Positions 23,086 through 36,535 of a DNA stretch of 64,000 bases are shown one piece after another. Every line of letters begins with the position of its first letter. Positions within the stretch are counted from its first letter, which is position 1. The stretch lies in assembly GCA_965113315.1 (NCBI GenBank), contig OZ220366.1. One strand, written 5' to 3'. The notes beneath the pieces were generated by a model. That model searched no databases, was not told the origin of the DNA, and worked only from the letters and a program-made list of their open reading frames with translations. The stretch is from Podarcis vaucheri. Its lineage: Eukaryota. Made by a program: the position numbers and the translations under genes.

Positions 23086-26043
23086 TATTTCTGAGTATAC
23101 ATACTTAGGATCTGGCTGCAGAAAAAGTCAGTACTCAATACTTCTATTCCTCCAGTGCTATTATGAAGCAGCCAAGACTGTGATTCTAAAAGGAGGTGTA
23201 TAGTTGATCATTCTTCAGACCTGAAGATGATAGAACAGAATAAGGATGGATGGATCTGCCAGTCTCACTTTCTCTCTCTTTCTCATTTTCACGGTCTGAA
23301 ATTCAGTTCACTACATTTTTGTATCAGTTTCTGTCTTAAAAATATAAAAAAGTCATCACCAAAAATTACCAGCATTTTAAGGTGTATTTCCCTTAATATA
23401 CACATTTGGATGCAATTTTCCCAACTAGAAGCACTTTCAATGCTTTTTTTCACTAATACATATATTGTTATGCACACCTTCCCCTAATATACACATTTTT
23501 TTGTCTGGAGAACTGCATTGCATAATTTGGAAAGTATGGATTTTGGAAACTAACTGTGTGTAGGTAGATTTGTATTAAAATGCAAACTGACCCAAGTTTC
23601 TCTTCCTTCCCTGTAATAGAAGTACAGTTGCCTGTGGGTGCAGATATTCTTGTGCGGGGGGGGGGGGGAGAGAAGTGAGTCCCACTAACAGTAGCTGGTC
23701 ACACAGGCTTTACAGGCATTTCAAGCACTACAAAAAAGAAAAGAAAAGAAAAGAAAAGAAAAAGCTTGTGTGGGACAGAAAAAAATGTGTTTCAACCCAC
23801 CAGTCAACACTAGTTCTATCCCAACACCAATATCTCCAGAAAACTATAGTGTCTACCTAGCAAGAGGAAGAGAGGAAGGGACTCCTGCACTTTGAAGAGT
23901 TGTGTGAAGAAGTGAATTTCAGCAAGCGTAACTTGTGTGGCAATCTAAACCTCCTGACATTCGGATTTCTACACAACCGTTAAAGATGTAGGATCTGTTA
24001 TCTCTCACACATCTGAGCCCCCTACATGATTCTTTAACAGTCCAATCTTATGTATGTTTATGCAGAAGAAAGTCCCAAAGGGGCCCGCTACCAAATAAGT
24101 GTGCATAGGATTTCTTTGTAAGCCTAATTTAAGAGAGCAGCCAGTGCTGTGTGTTAGATTCTTGAAAATAAGTGGCAAGCTTTGGCCTAGTGTGGGCACA
24201 GTCCAATAAACCATATTTGTTAGATGAAGAACAGGGATGGTTCTACTCCATCTTTATTCATTTTCCCTCGTTAGGAGTGGGAACCTTGTGCACCTCCCAC
24301 CCAGATGTTGCTAGTATACAACTTCCATCTGTTCTAACCAGCATGACCAACGGTTATGGATTAAAGGAGCAGGATGTAAAAGTCTTTTCTACTTGTTTTA
24401 TGAATGACATTTTATTGTTAATTTTATGTTGTTCACTGCCATGACATGTTGGAGGTATATAGAAATTTGCCAATAAATAAAATAGAATGATCTCATAAAC
24501 CAGTGAATCTAATGAGACATTCATAGGGTTTATTAAGACACAGTTTAATCACAGTTCTTGGTTTTGACCCATGAGATTAAACCTGGATCAGATATAACGG
24601 GAAACTATGATTTAACAAGGTCTGGAAGACTTGCCAGAACGATGCAATGACCTTTTTCACACAGGTCTCTTGCATGAGAGGTTGCATTTTCAAGTAGCTA
24701 CCTCGTCAGTGATTGTATGTATAAATCAGATCTTGCCTCTTGAGCCCGGGAGTAAAATTACAAGACGGCATTCAGAATAGCACTTAAAGCAACATGTGTG
24801 GGATGGTGCGGCTGCATAAGCACACGGGCTCTGCCCTCCATCATCAGCACCTGTGTCCAGCAGGAAAACCACCTCTATATGTGGAGGAAAACCAAGGTTT
24901 CATAACCCTGATTTCCCAGGGTGTTAAAATGCACAGAAACCACCCTCTATAGAGTAGGCTTCCCCAGCACAGTCAGTCACCCTGGATGATGCAGAGTGCA
25001 ACATGGAAATGGGGGAACCAGAACTAGCTCATGCACACTCTCTGCTCCTTGCATGTTCCTTGAAGCCCTAGGATCTGTGAGACCTTTGGTTTTCCCATGT
25101 TACTGGCTGGCAAAACGGAACCAGGAACAAAGGAACTTAAACTATGATGCATGTGTTTTTCTTTTACTGTATTGTTATACACTCAGGGATATAGATACTA
25201 AGCACAGTTCAATAAACTGATATTTGTCCTAGGGCAACTCTGCTTGTTCTCAGCTCTTTGGCTTACTCTCCTGTTCCTCCTCATAGCATTGGTGGCACCT
25301 AGGAAGGGGATGCTGACCTCCTGGCCCCTTCTTTTTTCTTGTCTATTCTCTGCCACATCCTAGTGCTGCTTCGGCATCCAATATTAGTCACATGCCATTC
25401 TGTGCGCCACCACAGCAATGCACAACTACAGGATCAGGATCAGTGTGTAGTAAAACTTGGGTGACAGTTGTTGAGATAGTCTGAATCATTACTTCTACCC
25501 ATCATAAAGGCAACAGAAAATACATTTTTGTTTGTTCTAATGCAACACCTTGGAATTTGGAACAAGGCTCCATATAATGCACAATTTTCCGGCAGATTAA
25601 GCTACATTGTTCTATGACACCTGTGTAAAAATTAAACCATGCTACTTGGAGATAAGTTGTTCTCCAGTCCAATTTTTGTTTTACATTTCTACATTTTAAG
25701 GCTCAATTAGCTTTAACCATCATGAGTAATAGCTACACTTATCACAAACTTCTTTTTTTTACAATATCAGATGATTATGGGAAAGTTAGCTAAAGTTGGC
25801 ACTTGTGAGCTCTCCTTATAATAGTCCTCATTATGTCAAAGCATAACATGGCATCACTGGATGATTCCTTTAGCTAATGCGCACTGCATCAGTTTAGTTC
25901 TGGACACCCACTTCCCAGCCCTGAATGCCCGGCTCATGTGGATTTATTCCACTAGTGCCAATATTACATTGCCATGGAAAATGTATTGGTCAGAATCTTG
26001 GCTGTCCCAGTTAATATCTGATCAGCCCTTAAATTACTGGTGC

Positions 26044-26216
26044 TTACTTTAAAAAAATGTTGCCCTCCACACTGATCCTGCTGTTCTGTTTGTTTCCCTT
26101 AGTTTCCTGGTCTGAAACCACTGGAAGCTCCAGGTCATCGTTTCCTTTCCTGTAGACGACTCGTGAGATCAGAGTTATGAGAAACATTTCCATAATGAGT
26201 AGCTGTTGGTCCATAT
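26044..26216 (-). CDS. SLC51A-like: OSTalpha-like coding exon 8 (last): (Y)[27 protein letters not shown]...GNIFLK*
   Basis: Acceptor TTCGATTTTCCAG| at 26217; TAA at 26046-26044. Confidence 0.88.
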
Positions 26217-27364
26217 CTGGAAAATCGAAAGGGAACAAAAGAGCAAGAGGTTTAAGGACCAGGAATGAAAATAAGGTGGGCTCAAACTTGCTTTCATTAA
26301 ACTCTTGTAGTGGACAACTGTTGGAATGGGTAATGCTACGTGGAGCATCAGATGTCATGATCTCAATGACAGTTGGACTTTTACAGTGGCCCTGCAGAGG
26401 CGGAATACATAATTTACAGAGGTGGAATACATTATAAGTGAATATAGAAATGAACCCACTTTAGCCTGTCATAGAAACTGAAATCCAAGCAACTTACATG
26501 CTCCTCTTGCTGAAGAAGAAAGTGGAGGCACACAAGCAATTACCCCTTCCATAGCCAATATGTTGATGATGGTTGCCTGGAGCTGACTCAAAATGAGGGC
26601 AAACTACATAAACACACAGAAAAAGAAAATTGTAAAATTGTGAATGCGATTCAATAAAAACTATATACATTTTCCACCTTAAATTAAAATAAAGAGGTAA
26701 ATCCCCATGAGGGGGATGACACCACAGAAGGTTCTCTGTTTGGAAGTAGCATGAGGGGGAGGGTGGCGTACATTTAGGCTGATGTTGAAAGATGAATACT
26801 CATAGTGCATGTTTTCTCAAGGTGAAAGAACATAGTGCCCATGGAGAAGAATCCTGAAGGGTGAACTAGAGAATAGATGGCCCAAGAGAGGGGCAAGTTG
26901 CACATTCCTATATGTAATGTTTTGTTGTTTCTCCAGCCTTCCCCAATAGGGTGTCTTCCAGATGTCTTGGACCAAAGCATCTGGACGCTACCTGGTTGTA
27001 GAAAACTGCATTATGCCCTCAGCGTATTCCCACCTTAGTGGGAAGAATGTACTTGCACTTACCAAAATTTATGGACTTGATTCAAACTGTGAAGATTTGT
27101 ATTGAGTGGCAGAGAGGCAGCCCAGAAACTGCTATCTCCTGTGTCCACCATGTTATTGGGTGGGGCACAAGAGGAGGAGGCGTGGCTGCTTGCTATGGCG
27201 TTCACCTTGCAGTGGAAAACGGTAGGCTAGAAGGAGAACTAAAGTACCTTATAAGAGCACACTCAGCAATGGACTGCCCAGGCTTAAAAGCCAGCAGAGT
27301 CAGATCCATGGGGTGTGGATCAGTTTGGGATGCTACAGACAGTGTGTCAGGAGCCAATGAAACA

Positions 27365-27406
<42 letters not shown>

Positions 27407-30400
27407 TCTGTATGTGTGCGCGTGGGGGCACACATGCGCTTACATGAAGAGAAGTGAGGTTTTTTATTTATTGGTTACATTCCCCCACTTCCTCAGTCCT
27501 TCTTCCTAGTGGCTCAAGACAGCATGCATGGCTTTCCCGCTGCCTGTTTTATCATTCCAAGATTCTTGGGAAGTAATATACTGATTGCCTTAAAACCAGA
27601 TCACCCATAAAGTATTATAGTACAGTAGGAATCTGAACTCCTTCTCCCCAGTCCACCCCTTTACACCAGCTCTCTCCTTTGCATATTGGGGCAATTAAAA
27701 ATAAATTGTGGGTTGGGTCCAACTAAGTTGAATTTAGGTTCTATCAATGGGACAAATTAGCACCCCTACACACTCTGACATGGGAGTAGATCCCATTTAA
27801 CTTAATGGAGTTTACTCTGTTTGAAGTTGACATATATAGGAGAAACAGCACAAAATAAACTGTGGTGCTCTGAAACCATTTAGACAATCATATTTTTACC
27901 AGTACCTACCATGGTCTTTAGAAGTACGCCCTGGGATTTAGTCTTGTATCACAGGATATGTCTTTGTTCTACACCACTTCCTTCCATGCAGGGAAAAGGA
28001 ACTCGGTGTGCGCTGCATTTTTACCACCCAAATTTTTAGGAAGACTGAAAACTCTAAATATTGCTCAGTTCTCCATTGTCACCCAAAAATGTTGAAAGAA
28101 GCTATCACAAAGGAGTTAGCTACAAAGAAGACCTTTCATACTTCAAAGGCTTTAAGTAATAAAGTCTTTGATCTTGAATTCCTCTTTTAGGTTTGCAGCA
28201 CCTGACTATAGAGCTGTCTTCCAGAAGCATTTCAAATGAAGGCCTGCAATGTAGTCTTAACTATCTCACCTGATAAAGTGCAAATTTAGGGATAATCTTC
28301 TTGCAGTTAAGGAGAGCGCGGACTCGTTGGAACATGATTCCGATTGGCCACAGGGCAATGATAGTAAGGACACCTATGAAGCAGTTAATCCATATGGCAG
28401 CTCCGTTGGGAGATAACTGAAAAGGTACATTGAACAGATACACAGATTATATTCCACAGCAGGTCCTTTTCTGCTTCCAGAACAAACTTATTTGTATAAC
28501 TCATATAGACACTCAGCAGCGCCAAAAGCATCCACACCACCCTCAGAGCAGGCCTATTGAAATCAATACGTTCAAGTTGGTGGGGAAGGTTAAAAAACCT
28601 CTCCACGTCTTTCCCCAACACCAATTCCCTCCTCCCTGCTGCTATTTCTGGAGTAGGGAACCTTTTCCAGCAACCTTCTGGGGCTCACATATGAGTGGTG
28701 GGTGGGGTTGGGGCCAGGGAGCAAAGGTGGTTATGGCAACAAATACAAATTTTACCTTTGTAAAGCAGTTTTTACACATGCACCACTCTCTGTGCTCTGT
28801 TCAGACAAGCAAGAGGCTTTATCAGAGTTCAATTCCAGCCAAAACACAAGCAAGGCCTGTGAGGGGTATGGCTTGGGAGAGGGGGTGTGACTTAGGAGAG
28901 TTCCAAGGGCCAGAGAGAAGCTAGGAGGGCCACATTTGCCTCCTGGAGGTTTCCCCCTATTAAATGCCATCACACATGTAACATTGCCTACAGTAGTTTG
29001 GCTCTGTTCCATGCGTCTGCCAGTAACTAAGCAGGTCAACTAAAGACATGTTTGTTTCAATTAGCTTTTCCAGTGGAATGGAAAGGTCTCTGCCCTAGGT
29101 ATTTATTTTGAATTATTTAAAAACCTATATTTAGTTGGTTTTCTACTGTTATTAGAGCTTTTTAGTTCTTTTTATTCTATGTTTGTATTCTGTGTCATAG
29201 TATAGCAAGACCATGGTGATTTATGCCTACAGTACATTCTGACTGGTACTTTTTAGTTCAAAACAGTTTTAGGTGTACAGATATTTCTTATCATCCTCTG
29301 TTAAGTTTCAATAAATTCTTCAAACCTTTGCTTACATCAGAGGGACTGTAGTTTCCATTGGTCCAAAGTACTATTGATAGAAACATTAGCACAGGGCGGA
29401 GGAATGCAAACTGGAAAGTCCCCAGCTTCAGTAAAAATAGTGTTCGCCTGCCAAATAAAAAAAGGGGGAAGGAAAAATTCATAATCTTAAAGGAGATTGA
29501 GGCAGTAATCTTGATCCACTGGCACGTATTGGGCTTTTGCCTTGGACAATCTGAGTAGTAAATATCCCTACCCCACGCCAACCCCCCCCCCCATTACATC
29601 TTTCTTTCCTTCCTCTCTTTATTCAGATATCCAACCTCCTTCTCTTTCCACCTCAGACACTCTCATTAATGAAGGCAAGCTGCTATTTAATGTACTCTGT
29701 GCTATATTAATGAACTTTGGCTTAATATAATTGCTCAATTAATACAGCCATAATTGCATAATAATGATATAATTATAGTGGCAATTTTACTCCTGCAAAT
29801 AATTACAGAACTATAAACAGTACAAACGAGTGTACAAATGAGCTGGCAGATCACCCTCTTTTTGCTTTCTTGAAGAAGCAAAGGAACTGTTTGAGAACAT
29901 GCAAGCTTCAGTGACATCTCTACCCTCTGTCAATCTAAGGACCAAATAATATATAGAATCATAGAATTGTAGAGTTGGAAGGGACCCCGAATCTCATCTA
30001 GTCCAATCCCCTGCAATGCAGGAATCTCAACTAGATCAAGCATGACAGCTGGCCATCCAACCTCTGCTTAAAAACCTCCAAGGAAGGAGAGTCCACCACC
30101 TCTTGTGGGAGTCTGTTCCATTGTCAAACAGCTCATACTGTCAGAAACTTCTTACAATCAGAATGTTTAGTCTGAATCTCCTTTCTTGTAACTTGAAGCC
30201 ATTGATTCTCATCCTACCCTCTGGAGCAGGAGAAAACAAGCTTGCTCCATTATCCATTTGACAGCTGTTTAGCTATTTGAAGATGGCTATCATATCTCTT
30301 CTCAGTCTCCTCTAGGCTAAACATACCCAGCTACCTCAGAGACAGTTTTAGGGTAGTGTAACCAGTTTGGCCACACTGGGTGCCGCACTGCAAGGGGTGC

Positions 30401-33400
30401 CACAACAATACTGTAGAGCGGAGCACCGAATTTTAGCGTTACATAGAGCGCCTCTGAAATTTGAGAGCTCAAAGTCCACCACTGCTCACAAGGCTTGGTT
30501 TCTGTCATCAGATCTCCCATGGATTATTCATATTTTAATAATCCTATGGCGCAAAGATGGTGAATCAGAGTAAGGAAGTGGTTTTAAAAGAGGGATTTGG
30601 AACCTCAGGCCTTGGGGCCTAAATGTGGTCCTCCAGTTCTTTCTACCTAGTGCTAGGAACTCTTCCTTGGCCACCCTGCTCACCGGTCCCACGTTACACC
30701 CTGGGTATTTCTGCCTCACTGAAATGTGTTCTTGAACTCTGATGGTGCCTCTCGTTGGTCTGGGTGGAGGATAGAGAGGGGTGTGTGCAGAAACTAGCCT
30801 GCTGTACAAAGGTACAATTTACATTAATTGCCACGCCCACATTTGACTCTGGCTCCACCCACCGCTGGCATGTGGCCCTCAGAAGGTTGTCCAGAAGGGA
30901 ATGCTGCCCTTGCACTGAAGCTGACTTTCCACCTATTTCCCACATCTTTTTTCACAGTCTAGATCCTCCATTCTAAGCAAGGCTTTTGCGTGTGGCCCAT
31001 ATGGAGCCAATAAGTTAGCACGGTCACATGTTAACTCATGCTGACTAAAAACATGGAGAGGAAACAGAAGTAATCAGTGAGGGAAGGATAGGTTGCCTTT
31101 CTGTCTATTGCCGCCCCCGCCCCCCCGGTTCAACTAACTTATTGCAAACGTCTGTTCTTGTTTTAGGACCAAGAGAGTGGAGCTTGCAGTCCATCTACTC
31201 CAAACCCATGCTCAGTGCAGAGAATCCAGAGCTAAAGCATCTGCAAAAGATGGCTGTCCAATCTCTGCATCCTAGAAGAATTCCAAGGCAGCACTTGGTC
31301 CAGATATGCAGGTATATTTGTCTTTGAGCTTCCTTTAAGTATATGATTGAAACCAAAACACTGCCCAGTGGGGTATGTTACCTTGGGTTCCAGGATGGAA
31401 GGAAGGTGGTACAGTGGTGCCTCGCAAGACGAAAAGAATCCGTTCTGTGATTCTCTTTGTCTAGCGGTTTTTTCGTCTTGCGAAGCAAGCCCATTGACGG
31501 ATTAGCGGATTAGCGCTATTAGCGCTATTAGCGCTATTAGCGGCTTTTAGCGGCTTATCTGCTGATCGGATCAGCTGATAAGCGGCTTAGCGGCTTAGAA
31601 AAAGGGGGGGAGGGGAAAAAACCAGCAGGAACTCGCAAGACATTGTCGTCTTGCAAAGCAAGCCCATAGGAAATTCGTTTTGCGAAGCACCTCCAAAATG
31701 GAAAACTCTTTCGTCTAGCGAGTTTTCTGTCTTGTGAGGCATTCGTCTTGCGGGGCACCACTGTATGTCAGTGTAAGAAAACGGATGTGAATGTGCTGAC
31801 TTTAAACCACACCCTTTCCCTTTAATAATAACAATACTCTGATTATACCAAAGCCTTTCCAACTCAAATGTTTTGCAGATTTCCCTCCCTTCACCTTCAG
31901 AACTGGTAGGTTTTATAGAGAAACTCACCTATTGATGCGTATATGTGGGAGGCAAAGGCAACAGCAGCAGCAGGGGCCTGTGCTTATCTTGAAGTGGTCG
32001 TTCTCAAAGTGCCTGAGGAATAGTTTTTGACCCCCACATTCTTTAATCATCATGAGCAGGAACTTGTGGATGACGATAGCAAAAAATCTATGGGAAGGAG
32101 GGAAAGGCACCTACATGTTAAGATATACAGGGCTGCTCTCCTGTCTATGCATTTGTCACACATGACTGTCATGGCTGCAGGCTTGAGCTCAGAAGAGGAA
32201 GAGCTGGCTGAGCCCAGGTCTGCTGTTCTGCTAGCTGAGGAATTGGAGAAGGCTGCTGACACTGGTGGATCGGAGCCTGAGCCTGAACCCTCACAGGGGC
32301 TGTCCCCCAGTTTTGACTTGCCAGGGTAATTGAGTGCTTCTCATAGTAGCATAGCTGCTCAACAGGGCACCACTCAGGAGGTTACAGTACAGACACAGAG
32401 AGTTGGCCCTTTAAGACCCACAGTCTCCAGGCCTAAAGGATGGAGCCTGGAAGAATTGGACTCATAAGACCTCAGTTCACCTCCAGCCTTTGCTGGTGCA
32501 AGTTGTTGTTGTTCATTTGGAGCTATCCATGGTGCAGTAACTACTGGGATGCCTTGAGTTGCCATGCCCTGAAAAACCTACCGGTACCTTGTTTTTGAAA
32601 GAGTGAGACAACTTTATTTTAGGAGAAATAGCGGGGGGGGGGGGGATTTAAATATTCCCTTCCTCAGGGCCACTGCATCAGTCTAATTTGCATCCCCCAC
32701 AGCTGCTTTGGGGTTGCTGTTGTTTTCTTTTTTTAGAAAAAAGAACAAAAAGCCAAAGGATGCAAACTATTTTCTCTTCCTTTACAGTATGTGTTACAGC
32801 TGACAAGCCTCATCACACAGATCTCCAACTTGGGTTATTTTCCTATATTGGTGTACTTCTTTTCAGCAGTGTTTTTTTTTTTTTTTGGTTAAAAAAAAGA
32901 AACTGCAATGTGCCATTTAGAAAAGACTGGTGAAATGCCACTCACAGGTCAGAATCTTGCTCTAAAGAATACGTTTGAGAAATCAAAGGGGCTCTGCTGT
33001 TTCAATCCAGCTGCCAGTCAAAGGAGTCTGTGGACTTTTAAAGTGCACTAACTAAAGAATACCCCCCCACACACACACGTTTAACATTCCATTCTTTTAT
33101 CTAGTTGGTGCCATTATTAGTTTCTACACTATCATCAAAGTCTGAGTTAACAGTATACTCTCCTCACGCAAAAAAACCCAACAACTGATAAAGGATTCTA
33201 TTTTAACAAAAGGGCTGTTCCTACAAATACAAGATAACTATTTGTTTCCTTAATGCTGGAAACATTTTGCCTAAAAATGGAAACAGATAGGTAAATGCAT
33301 ATCTAAAAAGATAGAGAAAACATACACTGCTGCAGTAAAATCTGTAAACATTGTTGAGCGAGGAATCCACATCCCAATACATGACGTAGTGGCAATCACC

Positions 33401-34664
33401 TGGAAAGAGAGAGGAACATTCAGGGCAAAAACTATTTATTAACTAAATAGATTTGGGGGCAGGGGGCGGTGGAATCTATTATCTTCTAAATGAATATCCC
33501 TTCAATTCAGATTTAGACACAATTCAATATTATCTAGTCTCGAGTTAGGCATCAGATCAGAACATCAGATTTGAGCTCTTTCTAAAGAACTTTTCCTTCA
33601 GAAAACATCAGATGGAGAAGCCCTACCTAGGGAAGTCCAATATCCAAGTGGCATCATAGGAAGTGGCATTGTAAGTTATCATACTATTTGTCCAAGTAGG
33701 CCAGTATTGTCTATTTTGATTGGCAGCAGGAATCCAGAGTCATTGGCTATTCATTGTTTTAACTCAGGAGTGGGAAGCCTGTTTCAGCCTGAGGTCCACC
33801 TTCCCATGTGCACAGACTTCTGGGTGTTACATGCCAGTGTTGGGTGTGGTAAAAGGGGATGTGGCCAGACACACCATTCTCTATTTTCCATCCATCCAGG
33901 CAAGCAAGCAAGAGATATTAACACACTTCGAGCACTTTCCAGCCACATGAAATCACTGAAAGAGAGCTGAGAGCAACGCCAGTGAGAGATATTGCCTGGG
34001 TGTGTGTCGCTTGGGAAAATTCTTAACAGCTGGGTAGAGAGGGCTGGAGGGCCACATTTGGCCCCTGGGTCTGATGGTTCCCCACTCCAGTTTTAGCTGA
34101 AGATGCCAGGGATTGGACCTGAGAATTTCTGCATGCAAATAATGTATGCTGCTGCCTGTCCCTAAAAGGAAGGCATTGCCAGAGACCCAGTAATAGGGTC
34201 ATCTCTGGATGCCCTTACGTGAGTACTAAGAGGGTTTTCCATGCTTAGGTAAAGGTAAAGGTAACCCTTCCCGTACGGGCCAATCATGTCCGACTCTGGG
34301 GTTGCACGCCCATCTCGCTTAAGAGGCCGGGGGCCAGCGCTGTCCGAAGACACTTCCGGGTCACGTTATCTCCAATACATACTCATGGTGCCAGTAGGAT
34401 TTCCTTTGCTGACGGAAAATCTGCATCTGGCGAGCCAGCGCAGCACACGGAAACGTCGTTTACTTTCCCGCTAGTAAGCAGTCCCTATTTATCTACTTGC
34501 ACCCGGGGATGCTTTCGAACTGCTAGGTTGGCAGGCACTGGGACCGAGCAACGGGAGCGCACCCTGCTGCGGGGATTCGAACCGCCGACCTGACGATCGG
34601 CAAGTCCTAGGTGCTGAGGTTTTACCCACAGTGCCACTCGCGTCTCTTTTCCATGCGTAGTGTA

Positions 34665-34698
<34 letters not shown>

Positions 34699-35461
34699 TT
34701 ATATCCCACCCATCTGACCGGGTTTCCCTAGCCACTCTGGGTGGCTTACAACATATATAAAAACACAACAGAACATTAAATATTGAAAAAGAAAATATCC
34801 TATACAAGCAACAAACAAACCAAGAAATCAATAGAAAACAACACAACAACAACAACAACCAGCTTGCTGTTATACTCAAATTAAAATAACCACCAACCCC
34901 AACTAAACATATAACCCACACCAACCCAACAAAAACAAAACAGAGGAACCAAAATTAGAACTCTAAAACATTTTAAAACATTTTAGCCAGTTGCTAAACT
35001 ACCATAATTTATTTATTCAACTTACTGGAGCAGCTGCATTTATCCAAATAAAAATGGATCTTTTGGAGGGTGGGATTTTGCGGTAAATATAGAAGACTTC
35101 CTCCACAAATACCAGGTCAGCAGTCAGTGTCATTAAAGTCAGGATAGCAAAGAGCAATATTCCTGTCAAATCAAGGCCTGAAAGGATAAAGAGTTGTGGC
35201 AAATTTAAACAACAAGCTGCAGCACATAAAGAAATGGAATACTTCAGCCTAGTAAAAGCAAGCAAGCATGCTTAATATAAGGTAAGTATATCCTTAATTC
35301 ACAATCCAGGGCCTTAGAATTCATATTGGTATGGTTACAAGTTAACTGTACCCTTAGTAGACCGATTGCTAGTTAATTACTTGGATCAGTCAGTTTCATC
35401 ACTGGGACTTAAGCTTGAGCAGAAAAAAATAGTTTGGGATTTTGAAACTGAGACACTGTGG

Positions 35462-35528
<67 letters not shown>

Positions 35529-36503
35529 ATGTTTCTAGTTGGTCTTAGCTGAAACTGGGGATAAGGGCTTGTTTGGCATCCAAACTTCTGAACAGTCATA
35601 TCTTGGATCCCGAACGCCTTGGTAGTCGAACGTTTTGACTCCTGAGCACCACAAACCCGGAAGTGAGCGTTCTGGTTTGTAAACATTCTTTGGAACCTGA
35701 GAGTCTGGCGGAGCTTCCAGGGCTTCTGATTGGCTGCAGGAGCCTCCTGCAACCAATCAGAAGCTGCACTTTGGTTTCCGAATGCTTTGGAAGTCGAACA
35801 TAGTTCCAGAACAGATTCCGTTCGACTTCCAAGGTACGGCTGTATTACGTATTTTTTTCTCCTGGTAGGGCTCATTTCCACTTTCAGAGCCCCACCTCTA
35901 AGGAAGGGAAAAACAGTTGAGGCATTGCTGTTACAGGGTGAAAAGGATTTGGAAACCCATATTACATACTCCATTATCAGTATGTATTAATACAAGAATG
36001 TGGGAAGAGGCTAAACAATCAAGTTCCATAAAGGAAGAACAAGGAAGTATTGGTAGTGGCAAAACACTGCAGCAGTGCAGCAATGCGTTGTGGCGTAGGT
36101 AGAACTTAGGTCTTCACTCTAAAGCTACAGAATGAGTACATAACTAGGGGTAGGACCGCACAGCAACCACAGAGCACTACAAAAGCAGCCACGGCCGTCT
36201 TAGGCCCACATTTAATAAACAAGCGCGGTTCCCCCACATTTATCACATGGTACATTGGCTGCCTGAATTCACTCCCCCTTTCTTTTACTTGAGCTTTTCT
36301 GGCCAAAAATGTTCACATTAATGAAGCACTATACCTATTTGTTTTTGTTTTTTAAGTGCTTAAAATCACAAACACAGTTTAGTAATGCCTATAATTATTA
36401 ATTAGTATTTTTTTAAAAAAATAAAGGAATAAAATTTGGTATAATCAGGAATAGTAGACTATGTACCTGTTTGGGTGCATGTGCAAAATAATTCAGTAAC
36501 AAG

Positions 36504-36535
<32 letters not shown>

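Noticed and set aside
32027-32610. Acidic 100-aa ORF / possible Gypsy solo LTR starting TGTCATGG
   Set aside because: Partly antisense to an OSTalpha exon; the rest looks LTR-like but no matching TSD or clear end could be shown.
33326-33399. Alternative frame [24 protein letters not shown] suggesting a cysteine-rich secreted protein
   Set aside because: The phase-0 frame matches OSTalpha and fits the neighbouring exon phases.
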